From: an uncultured Candidatus Rokubacteria bacterium | GTDB taxonomy: Bacteria > Methylomirabilota > Methylomirabilia > Rokubacteriales > CSP1-6 | Reading direction: 5' to 3' | NCBI GenBank assembly: GCA_963762145.1 | Contig: CAVXJS010000021.1 | Location: 1,056,001-1,120,000, forward strand | Length of the DNA stretch: 64,000 nucleotides | Part shown: one piece after another, positions 1-10,291 of the stretch | Layout of the letters: each line of letters starts with the position of its first letter | Position numbering within the stretch: position 1 is the stretch's first letter | Notes under the pieces: generated by a model | What the model was told of the DNA's origin: nothing | Databases searched by the model: none | What the model saw: only the letters and a program-made list of their open reading frames with translations | Position numbers and translations under genes: made by a program

Positions 1-1318
1 CGGGAAGAACGGGCTTATCCGCAGTGGTGAATCCTCCCTGGGGCTCCGCCGACCACTGCATCGGGGTGCGCGCGCAGTTGCGCTCAGCCAGCTTCAAGTC
101 GTCGCCCATGCCGATCTCGTCGCCATAGCGGAGGACCGGCGTCCCGGGTAGCGTGAACAGCAAGCTATAGGCGAGCTCGATGATCCGCCGATCCCCGTTG
201 AGCATGGGCGCGAGCCGACGCCGGATGCCTCTCCGATAGAGCTGCATGGTCTCCTCGGGACCGAAGCACTTGAACACCTGTTGCCGCTGCTCCTCGCTGA
301 GGCGGCCGAGGTCCAGCTCGTCGTGGTTGCGAAGGAACAGGCACCACTGCGCCGCTTCCGGTCGATAGTTCGTGGCCTTCAGCGCGCGCACGAGCGGCCG
401 GCAGTCCGACGCGGCCAGCGCATAGAACAGGTTCTGGTTGACATGGAAGTTGAACATCATGTGGATCCGGTCGCCGTCCTTGCCGAAGTAGTCCAGACCG
501 GCTTCCGGGGAAACGTTCGCCTCGCCCAGAATGATGGAGTCGCCGACCCGCCACTGGAGGAAGGCGCGCAGCGACCGTAGCAGGTCGTATTGCGCCACCG
601 CCTTCTTGACGCGCCCGCCCTTGGTGGAGATCAGGAACGGCACCGCATCCATCCGGAATCCGGAGACGCCGAGCTGGATCCAGAATCCCATGATCTTGAG
701 GATCTCGGCTTGAACGTTGGGATTCGAGGTGTTGAGGTCCGGCTGGAAGTCGTAGAAGCGATGGAAGTACCAGGCGCGCGCTTCCTTGTCATAGGACCAG
801 GTCGACTTCTGTACGCCGGGAAACACCATGCCCTCGTTAGCATTGGCCGGCTTCTTGTCGGACCAGACGTACCAGTCGCGGTACCGGGATTTGCGATCGC
901 GACGCGCCTCCTGGAACCACGGGTGTTGATCGGACGTGTGATTGACCACCAAGTCGATGATGACGCGAATTCCACGCTGCTTGGCGCCGTGGGTGAATTC
1001 GACGAAGTCGCCCAAGGTCCCGTAGGCGGGATTCACGCCGTAGTAGTCGGAGACGTCGTAGCCATCGTCGGAGCCGGGGGAGGTCTGGAAGGGCATGAGC
1101 CAGATCGCGGTGACGCCGAGCCCGTGGAGGTAGTCCAGGCGGCGCATCAGGCCCTGGAAGTCGCCCACGCCGTCTCCGTTCGCGTCCATGAAGGTGCGGA
1201 CGGAGAGGCAGTAGATGACCCCGTTCTTGTACCAAAGATCGTTGATCGAGGGCGTCGCCCGGCGCGGGGCAGCACGCGCGGCGCGGCCGCGCGCTACTCG
1301 TTCCTGCGTCAACCTCAT
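1..1318 (-). CDS. GH13 alpha-amylase family / trehalose synthase-like protein, 3' end runs off the window; absent from the ORF track
   Basis: Manual translation gives INDLWYKNGVIYCLSVRTFMDANGDGVGDF...DLVVNHTS...GFRMDAVP...GEAN...FLRNHDELD, the GH13 conserved regions. The start is ATG 1318 or TTG 1312 after GGAGG. Confidence 0.9.
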   Translation of the reverse strand, partial: MRLTQERVARGRAARAAPRRATPSINDLWYKNGVIYCLSVRTFMDANGDGVGDFQGLMRRLDYLHGLGVTAIWLMPFQTSPGSDDGYDVSDYYGVNPAYGTLGDFVEFTHGAKQRGIRVIIDLVVNHTSDQHPWFQEARRDRKSRYRDWYVWSDKKPANANEGMVFPGVQKSTWSYDKEARAWYFHRFYDFQPDLNTSNPNVQAEILKIMGFWIQLGVSGFRMDAVPFLISTKGGRVKKAVAQYDLLRSLRAFLQWRVGDSIILGEANVSPEAGLDYFGKDGDRIHMMFNFHVNQNLFYALAASDCRPLVRALKATNYRPEAAQWCLFLRNHDELDLGRLSEEQRQQVFKCFGPEETMQLYRRGIRRRLAPMLNGDRRIIELAYSLLFTLPGTPVLRYGDEIGMGDDLKLAERNCARTPMQWSAEPQGGFTTADKPVLP

Positions 1319-1370
1319 CCTCCGTGTTCGGCTCTCGGTCCCGACTGGTCGCCCGACTGGTCGAGGGTAA

Positions 1371-1386
1371 AGCAAGCGGAGTGCCG
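1371..1386 (-). promoter_or_regulatory. Putative sigma54 (-24/-12) promoter for the GH13 gene
   Basis: The minus strand reads CGGCACTCCGCTTGCT, a GG-N10-GC motif, about 50 nt upstream of the start. Confidence 0.5.
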
Positions 1387-1601
1387 TGCGCCGGAGCGCG
1401 ATTTAATGCGGAGTTCTGAGCCGGAACATCAGCTCTGCGAAACGAGTGCCGGGTGATCTTTTCCGGCCGGGCAGGCTCGGGCGGGTGCGCGCAACGCCAG
1501 GTTCCCCTTCAGGCGCCCCGCCCGCGCGAGGCTCTTGAGTCAGAGAGAGGATCATGCAACGCTCAGGGCCCTAGAGGGCCGGGATCGGGCACTAGGATCG
1601 A

Positions 1602-1724
1602 GCGACGTTGGCCCTCCGTGTCGCCCACTGCGCCTACGTGCTGGATCGGGGCCGGGTCGCTCTCGAAGGCCCGTCCGCGACGATCCGGAACGACCCGCGG
1701 CTCCTGCGCTACCTGGCGCCGTAG
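1602..1724 (+). pseudogene. 3'-terminal relic of a LivF/UrtE-type ABC ATP-binding gene
   Basis: Reads ATLALRVAHCAYVLDRGRVALEGPSATIRNDPRLLRYLAP*. There is no N-terminal part or Walker A, and it lies just upstream of the amidase. Confidence 0.65.
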
Positions 1725-1754
1725 GCCCATGACCCATTCAACAAGGAGGCTCCC

Positions 1755-3269
1755 ATGGCCGTCTCACCGCCGACCCTAGACCAGCTCAAGGCAATCGCCG
1801 ACTCGATGGGGCTCTCCCTCACCGAGAGCGACCTCACGTCGTTCCGCGACCTCATGAAGCCGAGCATCGATGGCTACAACGTCGTGGACGCGCTGCCGGA
1901 CAATCTCCCGCCCGTGAAGTATCCGCGCACGCCGGGCTTCCGGCCCCAGCCCGAGGACAACCCGCGCAACGCCTGGTACGTCAAGACCCAGGTGGACGGC
2001 GCTCCCAGCGGGAAGCTCAAGGGAAAGACCGTCGTGCTCAAGGACAACGTCATGCTCGCGGGGGTGCCGATGATGAACGGCGCCTCCACGCTCGAGGGCT
2101 ACACGCCCGAGATCGACGCCACCATCGTCACCCGGATCCTCGATGCGGGGGGAACCATCGTCGGCAAGGCCCACTGCGAATATTTCTGCCTGTCCGGCGG
2201 CAGCCATACCAACGCCACCGGCCCGGTCCACAATCCTCACAAGATGGGCTACTCGGCGGGCGGCTCGTCGTCGGGCAGCGCGGTGCTGGTCGCGCTGCGC
2301 GAGGCCGACATGGCGATCGGGGGTGACCAGGGCGGGTCGATCCGCATGCCGGCCTCGTTCTGCGGCATCTACGGGATGAAGCCGACCCACGGGCTCGTTC
2401 CCTACACCGGCATCATGCCGATCGAGATCTACGTCGACCATACCGGCCCGATGACCGGGACGGTGAAGGACAACGCGCTGCTCCTTGAAGTGATCGCGGG
2501 AGCCGACGGGTACGACCCTCGCCAGTACTCGCCGAAGGTGCATCCCTACACCGAAGCCCTCGGGCGCGGTGTCGACGGCCTCAAGATCGGCATCGTCAAG
2601 GAGGGCTTCGGCCTGCCCAACTCCGAGCGCGACGTGGACGCCAAGGTCCGCAAGGCGGGCGAGCTGCTCGGCAAGCTCGGCGCGAAGATCACGGAGGTCT
2701 CGATCCCGTGGCACACGCTGGCGGGCGCGCTGTGGCTTCCCATCGGCGTGGAAGGCCTGACGCAGACGATGATGTGGGGCGACGGGTACGGGCTCAGCCG
2801 TCCCGACCTCTACGTCGCCAGCCTGATGGACTTCCATCGCGGCTGGCGGCATCGGGCGAACGAGCTCTCGGAAACGACGAAGCTCTTCACGCTCCTCGGG
2901 ACCTACATCCACGAGCACCACGGCAGCCGCTATTACGGCAAGGCCATGAACATCACCCGACGCCTGATCGCGGCCTACGACAGTGTCCTCGACCAGCACG
3001 ATCTGCTGCTGATGCCGACCACGCCGATGAAGGCGCCGCCGATGCCGAAGCCGGGCGCGCCCCGCGAGGAGGTCGTCCAGCGCGCCCTCGAGATGATCAC
3101 GAACACGGCCCCCTTTGACATCTCGCACCACCCGGCCATGGCCATCCCGTGCGGCATGAGCGGTGGCCTGCCGGTGAGCATGATGCTGGTGGGCAAGCAC
3201 TGGGACGAGCCGACGATCTACCGTGCCGCGGCCGCCTTTGAAGGAGCGGGCGACTGGAAGTCGATGTAG
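1755..3269 (+). CDS. Amidase (amidase signature family)
   Basis: LKDN, GGSSSGS and GGDQGGSIRMPAS signature motifs; RBS AAGGAGG. Confidence 0.95.
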   Translation: MAVSPPTLDQLKAIADSMGLSLTESDLTSFRDLMKPSIDGYNVVDALPDNLPPVKYPRTPGFRPQPEDNPRNAWYVKTQVDGAPSGKLKGKTVVLKDNVMLAGVPMMNGASTLEGYTPEIDATIVTRILDAGGTIVGKAHCEYFCLSGGSHTNATGPVHNPHKMGYSAGGSSSGSAVLVALREADMAIGGDQGGSIRMPASFCGIYGMKPTHGLVPYTGIMPIEIYVDHTGPMTGTVKDNALLLEVIAGADGYDPRQYSPKVHPYTEALGRGVDGLKIGIVKEGFGLPNSERDVDAKVRKAGELLGKLGAKITEVSIPWHTLAGALWLPIGVEGLTQTMMWGDGYGLSRPDLYVASLMDFHRGWRHRANELSETTKLFTLLGTYIHEHHGSRYYGKAMNITRRLIAAYDSVLDQHDLLLMPTTPMKAPPMPKPGAPREEVVQRALEMITNTAPFDISHHPAMAIPCGMSGGLPVSMMLVGKHWDEPTIYRAAAAFEGAGDWKSM

Positions 3270-3283
3270 AGGGACCGCCGCTC

Positions 3284-3598
3284 CTATCTTCGCTGCTTCA
3301 GGAGCCAGTCGATGGCGGCCGACGGGTCCGGCTCGGCGGTCCCCGGCGGCGGGGCGGCGACCGGGGGGGCCGGCGCCGGAGCGGGGGCCGGCTCCGGCGG
3401 CCGGGCCGGCTCGACGGAGCGTGCCGGGGCCGGGGTCTCAGCCGAGACGGGCGCGCTCCGGGCGGGGACCTCCCGCAGCCGATCGGACCGCGGCTCGGTG
3501 CGCGGCGGTGCCGTGGCCTCGCGCCGAAACGGCCAGACACAGCCGTGCGCCGCGACCGCGATCAGACCCAGGCACAGCAGACGGCCGACGATGGACGT
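3284..3598 (-). CDS. Small Pro/Ala-rich putative lipoprotein, start codon uncertain
   Basis: Hydrophobic stretch plus AHGC lipobox-like Cys, PAPAP linker and AAIDWLLKQRR end. GAGGAGG lies 5 nt before an ACG codon. Confidence 0.45.
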   Translation of the reverse strand, partial: TSIVGRLLCLGLIAVAAHGCVWPFRREATAPPRTEPRSDRLREVPARSAPVSAETPAPARSVEPARPPEPAPAPAPAPPVAAPPPGTAEPDPSAAIDWLLKQRR

Positions 3599-3645
3599 AG
3601 AAGCCTCCTCGAGAGCGCGGTCGTGTCGAGAGCATCTTAGCCGAT

Positions 3646-4623
3646 CTACTCGATCACGTGGTCGGCCCGGAACAGGACCGACTGCGGGATGGTCAGGCCC
3701 AGGGTCTTGGCGGTCCGGAGGTTGATGACGAGCTCCACCTTCGTGGGCTCCTCGACGGGAAGATCCGCCGGCTTCGCCCCCTTGAGGATCTTGTGCACGA
3801 AGCTGGCGGCCTGGCGATACATCTCCGGGTAGTTCACGCCGTAGACCGTCAGCCCTCCGACAAACTCCAGCGACGCATAGATCGCCGGCAGCCGGCGCCG
3901 GGCCGCGAGGTCGACGATGACGTGTTGATTCGCCTGCGTCAGCGTCTCGAGCCCCACGATGAGCGCGTCGGCCCGCTGCCGGACCGCGGCATCGAAGGCC
4001 GGCGCGAGATCCTCGGCCTTCCGCACGTCGAGGAGATGGGGCTCCACGCCCAGGGAGCGCGCGGCCTGCTCGACCTCTCGCCACTGGGACGGGAGCGCCG
4101 GATTGCTCATGTTGAAGAGGGCCGCCAGTCGCGTCGCCTTCGGCACCAGCTCCATGATCAGCTGGACACGCTTCGGAAAGATCTCGGTCACCGCGGCGCT
4201 CAGTCCCGTGACGTTCCGGCCCGGGCGGGCGAGGCTGGCGACGATCCCCTGTCCGACCGGATCGCCGACTCCGGTGAAGACCACCGGGATCGTCGCGGTG
4301 GCATTCCTCGCCGCGAGCGCGGCCGGCGTCCCCCTCGTCAGGATCAGACTCACCTTCGACTGAACCATGTCGGCGGCGAGGATCGGGAACTGGTCGTCGC
4401 GGCCGTCGGCCGAGCGGTAGTCGATGACGAACCGCTCCCCCTCGACATACCCGCGTTCCCGGAGCCCCTGTCGAAAGGCATTGAGGTTGGCCGCATTGAC
4501 CGCCGTCGACGTCCTCTCGAGCATGCCGATGCGATACGGCCTGTCCAGGTGTTGCGCCCGTGCGACGAGCGGCGCGGCGAGCAGGCCGCCCGCCAAGGTA
4601 CAGATGAATCCACGGCGATCCAT
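3646..4623 (-). CDS. Orphan ABC transporter substrate-binding protein (ABC_sub_bind family)
   Basis: MDRRGFI leader, GDPVGQGIVASLARPGRNVTG, KILKGAKPADLPVEEPTK and RADHVIE*. Confidence 0.92.
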   Translation of the reverse strand: MDRRGFICTLAGGLLAAPLVARAQHLDRPYRIGMLERTSTAVNAANLNAFRQGLRERGYVEGERFVIDYRSADGRDDQFPILAADMVQSKVSLILTRGTPAALAARNATATIPVVFTGVGDPVGQGIVASLARPGRNVTGLSAAVTEIFPKRVQLIMELVPKATRLAALFNMSNPALPSQWREVEQAARSLGVEPHLLDVRKAEDLAPAFDAAVRQRADALIVGLETLTQANQHVIVDLAARRRLPAIYASLEFVGGLTVYGVNYPEMYRQAASFVHKILKGAKPADLPVEEPTKVELVINLRTAKTLGLTIPQSVLFRADHVIE

Positions 4624-4874
4624 GAGCGATCTCCTATCCGAAGCACGGGACGAACCGGGATTCTCATCCCGGACACTGGCCGCCCCATTGCGGCCTCCGC
4701 CGCGCCGGCTCTCCCGCGAACCAGCGCGGCCGGGTTCCCCAAGGCACGAGCAATGCCAGAGACCTGCTCCAGGAGAAACAGCGGGTTGCGGCGCACGCGG
4801 TCACGTGAGATTCGGGCGTGATGCCCGAATCGGGCACCGAGGAGCGGGCGCTGCGACCGCGGCCGACGTGCTCT

Positions 4875-6209
4875 CTAGTCCGCCCAGAGCTCGATCGGGG
4901 TGTCACGCCCGCGCAACACGCTGGGCCCCCGCGCGGTCAGGCCGGCGAGGAGCGTGAGATCGGCGGCCTCGCGCTCGACGGCGGCCACGAGCGCGGCGCT
5001 GGCCACGATGGTGACGCGGAGCTCGCGCGTGAGGGCCTGCAGCCGGCTGGTGACATTGGTGGTGTCGCCGACCGTCGCGAAGGCCATGCTGCGGCGGCTA
5101 CCGATGTCGCCGGCCACCACCGGGCCGTAGTGCAGACCCAGCCCGATCTTCAGAGGCCGCAGACCGGCCGCCTCCCGCTCGACGTTCCAGGCCGTGAGGG
5201 CCGCCAGCATGCCGCGGGCGCAGGCCAGCGCGTCGGTCGCGTCCCGGCGCCCGGTATCGGGGACCCCGAACGTCGCCAGCAACGCGTCGCCGATGAACTT
5301 CTCCAGGCAGCCGCCGTGGCGAAAGACTTCCTCCTCCATGCGGCCGTGGAAGTCGCGCAGCAGCGCCATGACCTCCTCCGGCGTCATCTCCTCGGCCATG
5401 GTGGTGAACCCGACCAGGTCGGCGAAGAGCACGCCCACCGCCTGCCGGCGCACGCGGCCCAGCGGCTCGTCCCGCTCGGCCAGCGTGTCCACCACCTTGG
5501 GCGAGAAGTAGCGGGCGAGGTTCCCGCGGGCGCGCTCGGCCTCGGCCCGCTCGGCCACCAGCGCGCGCGACCGCCGGACCAGGAGCGCCAGACCGGCGCT
5601 CACCAGCAGGAACACGATGATCTCGTTCTGGTACTTGAGCACCGAGACGTAGTTCGGATCGAAGTAGGCGGCGCGCATCGCCTCGCGGCTGGCCCCGCGG
5701 GGTGGGTCCGTGATGCTCCCGGGACGGCTCAGGATCCAGAGAAACCCGGCCGTCCACGCGCCGGCCCCGCACAGTCCGGTCCACAGGAGCAGCCGGGGCC
5801 GGAACGAGAACGCGGCCTGCATGAGCAAGACGAAGAAGTACATGAACGTGGCGAAGCGCAGCGGCATCGGCGGCGGTATCTGGGGGATGACGTAAGGATT
5901 CGGTAGCAGCAGGACCGCGGCCAGGGCCAGCGAATCCACCAGGATGAACAGGTAGGCAGCCAGTCGGAGCGCCCGGCCGCGAGAGTAGAGCCAGAGCTGG
6001 GCGAGGCCGGTCGCGAGGAAGAAGGCCGCGCCCCCGAGGACCCAGGCGTAGGCGCGGCCCCGCTCGGGGTTCGCCACCGCGAGCCACCCCAGGATGAACA
6101 CGATCGCCGCCGAGCGCGCGGCGGCCGCCACCATCAGGCCCCGCCGCTCCTCACGAGCGAAGGCGGCGTCCAGCCGGTCCCGGGCTCCGAGGTCGCGCAC
6201 GGCGGTCAT
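4875..6209 (-). CDS. Membrane-bound class III adenylate/guanylate cyclase
   Basis: N-terminal TM helices, then VLFADLVGFT, EKFIGDA and GDTTNVTSRLQ. Start taken at MTAVRD (6209), not at the 805-aa ORF start. Confidence 0.9.
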   Translation of the reverse strand: MTAVRDLGARDRLDAAFAREERRGLMVAAAARSAAIVFILGWLAVANPERGRAYAWVLGGAAFFLATGLAQLWLYSRGRALRLAAYLFILVDSLALAAVLLLPNPYVIPQIPPPMPLRFATFMYFFVLLMQAAFSFRPRLLLWTGLCGAGAWTAGFLWILSRPGSITDPPRGASREAMRAAYFDPNYVSVLKYQNEIIVFLLVSAGLALLVRRSRALVAERAEAERARGNLARYFSPKVVDTLAERDEPLGRVRRQAVGVLFADLVGFTTMAEEMTPEEVMALLRDFHGRMEEEVFRHGGCLEKFIGDALLATFGVPDTGRRDATDALACARGMLAALTAWNVEREAAGLRPLKIGLGLHYGPVVAGDIGSRRSMAFATVGDTTNVTSRLQALTRELRVTIVASAALVAAVEREAADLTLLAGLTARGPSVLRGRDTPIELWAD

Positions 6210-6329
6210 CAGGAATGCTGCATAGCATACCGGCCGCAGAAACGCGACCTGACGACGGCATGGCCGAGCCTCACCGAGCGGTGGTAACGTTAGGGGGTCG
6301 CTCACCATCACCAACCAGGAGATCCGTGC

Positions 6330-7574
6330 ATGCCACGTTTGAACTTCGGCGCCTTCATCGCCCCCCACCATCCGATCGGTGAGCACCCGATGCTGCAGTT
6401 CCGGCGCGATCTCGACCTGGTGGAGCACCTGGACAAGCTCGGCTACGAGGAGTTCTGGTGCGGCGAGCATCACTCGAGCGGCTGGGAGATGATCGCCTCG
6501 CCCGAGATGTTCCTCGCCGCGGCGGCCGAGCGCTCGAAGCGCATCAAGCTTGCGACCGGGGTGATCTCCCTGCCCTATCACCATCCCTACAACGTGGCGC
6601 AGCGGATGGTGCAGCTCGACTACATGACCGGCGGCCGGGCGATCTTCGGCTCGGGCCCCGGGGCCCTGGCGTCCGACGCGCACACCCTCGCGATCGATCC
6701 CATGCTCCTCCGCGACCGCCAGGACGAGGCCATCGGCGTCATCCGCCGTCTGTTCCGCGGCGAGCGCATCACCTACAAGTCCGACTGGTTCACGCTCCAG
6801 GACGCCGCCCTGCAGCTGCTGCCGCTCCAGGAGGAGATGCCCTGCGCGGTCGCGTCCCAGATCAGCCCGTCGGGCATGACGCTGGCCGGAAAGCACGGGA
6901 TCGGCATCATCTCGATCGGTTCCCTGTCGGAGGAAGGGCTGAACGCCCTGCCGACCCAGTGGGGCTTCGCGGAGGCCGCGGCCGCCAAGCACGGCCAGAC
7001 CGTGGACCGCAAGAACTGGCGGGTGCTGCTGAGCTGGCACATCGCGGAGACCCGGGAGAAGGCCATCGCCGAGGCCCGCGACGGCCTGTTCCGCCACCAC
7101 AACGAGTACATCACGGCGACCCTGCAGCGGCCCGGCGCGCGTGCGTACGCGACCCCCGAGGAGGCGGTGGAGAAGACCGCCTTCGTTCCCGGCGCAGTCG
7201 CCACGATCGGGACCCCGGACGATCTCGTGAAGCGGATCAAGTCCGTCCTCGACATCTCCGGCGGCTTCGGCACCGTCGTCGGCTTCGTCCACGACTGGGC
7301 CAACCCGGAGAACACGATGCGAAGCTGGGACATGGTGGCCCGCTACGTGGTGCCGGAGATCAACGGCTACATGGCCGGACTGCGCAAGTCCCGCGAGTTC
7401 GTCGCCTCCAACCGCGAGTACTTCGACCGCGCCCGCGAAGCGGTGATGGCGAAGATCACCGAGAACGAGGCCGCGGCCGCTGCGCTCACGGTCACGAAGT
7501 CGCCGCTCCTGGCCGCCTCGGCCGGCAACGTGCCGGATCTCGATGAGGCGCGGGCCCGGCTCAAGGCGCGCTGA
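6330..7574 (+). CDS. LLM-class flavin-dependent monooxygenase (limonene 1,2-monooxygenase-like)
   Basis: EFWCGEHHSSGWEMIASPE and GSGPGALASDA luciferase-like motifs. Confidence 0.9.
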   Translation: MPRLNFGAFIAPHHPIGEHPMLQFRRDLDLVEHLDKLGYEEFWCGEHHSSGWEMIASPEMFLAAAAERSKRIKLATGVISLPYHHPYNVAQRMVQLDYMTGGRAIFGSGPGALASDAHTLAIDPMLLRDRQDEAIGVIRRLFRGERITYKSDWFTLQDAALQLLPLQEEMPCAVASQISPSGMTLAGKHGIGIISIGSLSEEGLNALPTQWGFAEAAAAKHGQTVDRKNWRVLLSWHIAETREKAIAEARDGLFRHHNEYITATLQRPGARAYATPEEAVEKTAFVPGAVATIGTPDDLVKRIKSVLDISGGFGTVVGFVHDWANPENTMRSWDMVARYVVPEINGYMAGLRKSREFVASNREYFDRAREAVMAKITENEAAAAALTVTKSPLLAASAGNVPDLDEARARLKAR

Positions 7575-7583
7575 CGCAGCCGT

Positions 7584-8171
7584 TCACTCGGGCACCGGGA
7601 TGCGGCCGACGACCTCGACGCCCGCCTCGCTGCCCGGCTTGGGCCTGACCACCACGGTCTCGGCCTGGCGGGGCATGATCCCGACCAGGGCTTGAACCGT
7701 CAGCGCGTGGGTCACCACCACGAGCGCGCCGGGGCCGCGCCAGCTGGCCAGCAGCTCCCTCAACGCGGCGAGCCGGTCCCGGCTCTGGCCGGATGCCGCC
7801 GCGGTCCACGTGCCATCGACCGGACCCAGGGCCATCAGCCGCGCCGTCTCCAGGCACCGGCACCAGGGGGAGGAAAGGACCTTCTCGGCGCGGACACCGC
7901 GCTGACGAAAAGCCTCACCTAGCGCCTTCGCCTGCGCCCGTCCCTTCTCGTCCAGATTTCGCTGGGTCGCGCAGTCGTCGATCTTGAATCCGGGTGGGTC
8001 GCCGCCGTAGCCGGGCGGCGCGTTCCCGTGGCGGATCAGCGCGACGTGCCCACCGTTGACGAGCGCGGCCCACGCGTCGCGGGATTCATCGGCCGCCGCG
8101 ACCGACGCGGTGAGCAGCCAGAGGGCAAGCGTGGCGAGCACGAGCCACCCAGGCGCCCTGTCCTTATCCAT
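7584..8171 (-). CDS. Exported histidine phosphatase family protein
   Basis: Signal peptide, LIRHG, SSPWCRCLETA and VVTH. Confidence 0.88.
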   Translation of the reverse strand: MDKDRAPGWLVLATLALWLLTASVAAADESRDAWAALVNGGHVALIRHGNAPPGYGGDPPGFKIDDCATQRNLDEKGRAQAKALGEAFRQRGVRAEKVLSSPWCRCLETARLMALGPVDGTWTAAASGQSRDRLAALRELLASWRGPGALVVVTHALTVQALVGIMPRQAETVVVRPKPGSEAGVEVVGRIPVPE

Positions 8172-8192
8172 CAGGCCAGATCGCCAGAGACC

Positions 8193-9458
8193 TCAGCCGG
8201 CGTAGATCTTCTTCATCTCGCCGCTCGCCCACGCGACCGCGTCCTCCGGCTTCATGCCCTGGATGCTCTTGGCGAACATGTCGACGAGGATGTACTTCGA
8301 CAGCGCTTCGGTCGCCTTGCGCCCGGGAGGGCCCGCGAACCCGACCGGTCGCGCGTACTGCAGGGTCTCGGGGAACACCGCCGTCTTCGGGTCCTTCTTC
8401 CACACCGCGTGGTCGCGGTACCCCTTGGTGGCGGGGATGCCGAAGGTGTCCATGACCTCGAAGTACTTGTCGTACTGCGCGCGGTCCATGTACCAGCGCA
8501 CGAACTCCTTCGCGACCTTCTGGTTCTTCGAGTACTTCATCACGCAGGAGTTCCAGCAGGGCAAGAAGTAGAAGCGGCCGGCGGGGCCGGGCGGATAGTG
8601 GCCGTGGTTCGTGCCCTTGTAGACGTCGGGGAACTTGCCCCGGGCGGCGATGTAGATCGACGGCGCGTTACCGGTGAGCGAGATCTCCGACGAGAGGAAC
8701 GCGCGGTTGTTGTTGCTGTCGTCCCAGGCGAGCCCGCCCTCGTCGAAGCAGTCCTTCCACGTCGCCAGGGTGAACTTCACGGCCTCGAGCGTGTTCTTGC
8801 TGTTCAGCGCGACCGTCTTGCCGTCCTTCTCGACCTCCATGCCCCCCCACATCCACACGATCGGGTACGCCCACGCGTTGGGATCGTTGATGCTATGCCC
8901 GAGCGCCTGGCCGAACGGCCGGCCCTTCGCCTTCATGGCGCGGCCGACCTTGCGGAAGTCGTCCCACGTCTTGGGATACTCGTGGCCGGCTTCCTTGAAC
9001 CAGTCCTCCCGATAGGTCACCGCCCACGAGATGAGGAAGTACGGCACGCCGACCCAGCGGCCGCCGCTCGTCAGGCAGTTGCTCTTGGGATAGTCGTACC
9101 ACCCACCCTGCTGGCCCCCGATCACCTCGGCGACGTCGGTCATGTCCACGAGGCTGTTCTCGTAGAGCAGCGGGTGATTGTTCGCGATGGTCACGATGTC
9201 GGCGCCGCTACCGCTCTGGATCGCGGATGTGATGCGCGCCTGGATGTCGTTCTGATTGATGCGCTCGGCGACGACCTCGACCCCGGCCTGCTTGCCGAAC
9301 TCCTTCGCCTGCTGATCGAAGAGCTGATCCGCGGCGGGGACGAAGTGGGCCCACTGGAGGACGTGGAGCCGCGTGCCCTGGGCGAAGGCGGGCGGCCGAC
9401 GCGCGGCGAGCATGGTGGAGACGGCGGCACTGCCGGCGATGAAGCGTCGACGGTTCAT
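8193..9458 (-). CDS. Sugar-type extracellular solute-binding protein (Tat-like leader), orphan
   Basis: MNRRRFI leader, YPKTWDD, WDDSNNNRAFLS; RBS GGAGG. Confidence 0.88.
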   Translation of the reverse strand: MNRRRFIAGSAAVSTMLAARRPPAFAQGTRLHVLQWAHFVPAADQLFDQQAKEFGKQAGVEVVAERINQNDIQARITSAIQSGSGADIVTIANNHPLLYENSLVDMTDVAEVIGGQQGGWYDYPKSNCLTSGGRWVGVPYFLISWAVTYREDWFKEAGHEYPKTWDDFRKVGRAMKAKGRPFGQALGHSINDPNAWAYPIVWMWGGMEVEKDGKTVALNSKNTLEAVKFTLATWKDCFDEGGLAWDDSNNNRAFLSSEISLTGNAPSIYIAARGKFPDVYKGTNHGHYPPGPAGRFYFLPCWNSCVMKYSKNQKVAKEFVRWYMDRAQYDKYFEVMDTFGIPATKGYRDHAVWKKDPKTAVFPETLQYARPVGFAGPPGRKATEALSKYILVDMFAKSIQGMKPEDAVAWASGEMKKIYAG

Positions 9459-9714
9459 GGCGAATCCTCCTGTCTCCTGTGAGTGGCGCGCGCGGGCGGA
9501 GATCATGGTAGCCCAGCCGCAGACGCTCAGCCAGGCAGCATCGCTTGCCCCGCGCTCGTCCCGCTTCACCACCATGTGGGACGAATCTACCGAGGCCGCG
9601 CGCAGGAGTCTGGGGCGAACCTAGGGAATTCTCAGGGAAAACCGCGACGGCAAGGATCCGGGAATACGCCCCAAGCCCTGCCCGTCATAGTCGGCGAGAG
9701 GAGGAACATCGACC

Positions 9715-10287
9715 ATGAATCCACTTGGGAAAATCGTCACGGTTGGCATCGCTGTCGTAACGGGCACTTCGCTCCTTACGGGTGTCACGACCGCCTATAT
9801 TCTCCGGTCTCCGGCGCCGGCCGCGCCGCTGACCGCGACCTACGCCTCCGCCGACGTCCGCCGGGCACCCGAGGGCGTGAGGGCTCGAGTGGTGCCTGCG
9901 GTAAGCCGGACCACGGAGAGCACCCCTCGACCGGTTCCGGTGGCCGCGACGTCCTCGGAATGCGCCACGGGCAGTGATCGCGTCTGGCGTATCGCCAAGC
10001 CGGGCGCGCTCGGTGGTCTCCTCGGCGCGGGCGTCGGCGCCGCCGGCGGTGCCATCGCCGATGGCGGTTCGGGTGCGGGCAAGGGGGCCTTGATCGGCGG
10101 CTTGCTCGGAGCGGCGAGCGGCGCCGGCTACGGCGCCTACAAGACCAAGAACGAGTGCGGAACGATCTTCGGCAATAGCGGCTTCACCAACGGCGGTACC
10201 GGCGCGGCGGAGCGCGGACCGGTGACCGAGAACGCCCTTCGGCCCCGCGCCGCCGCTGACGACCTCACCATCTATCCCGTTCGCTGA
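9715..10287 (+). CDS. Glycine-zipper domain protein
   Basis: GALGGLLGAGVGAAGGAIADGGSGAGKGALIGG flanked by two Cys; RBS GAGGAGG. Confidence 0.8.
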   Translation: MNPLGKIVTVGIAVVTGTSLLTGVTTAYILRSPAPAAPLTATYASADVRRAPEGVRARVVPAVSRTTESTPRPVPVAATSSECATGSDRVWRIAKPGALGGLLGAGVGAAGGAIADGGSGAGKGALIGGLLGAASGAGYGAYKTKNECGTIFGNSGFTNGGTGAAERGPVTENALRPRAAADDLTIYPVR

Positions 10288-10291
10288 GCGT

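Noticed and set aside
1340-1363. Tandem 12-mer CCCGACTGGTCG x2 as a CRISPR or iteron
   Set aside because: Only two units and no spacers; likely replication slippage.
4742-4758. Bidirectional sigma54-like motif GGCACGAGCAATGCCA
   Set aside because: GG-N10-GC fits on both strands, but the TTGC core is poor and such matches are frequent in GC-rich DNA.
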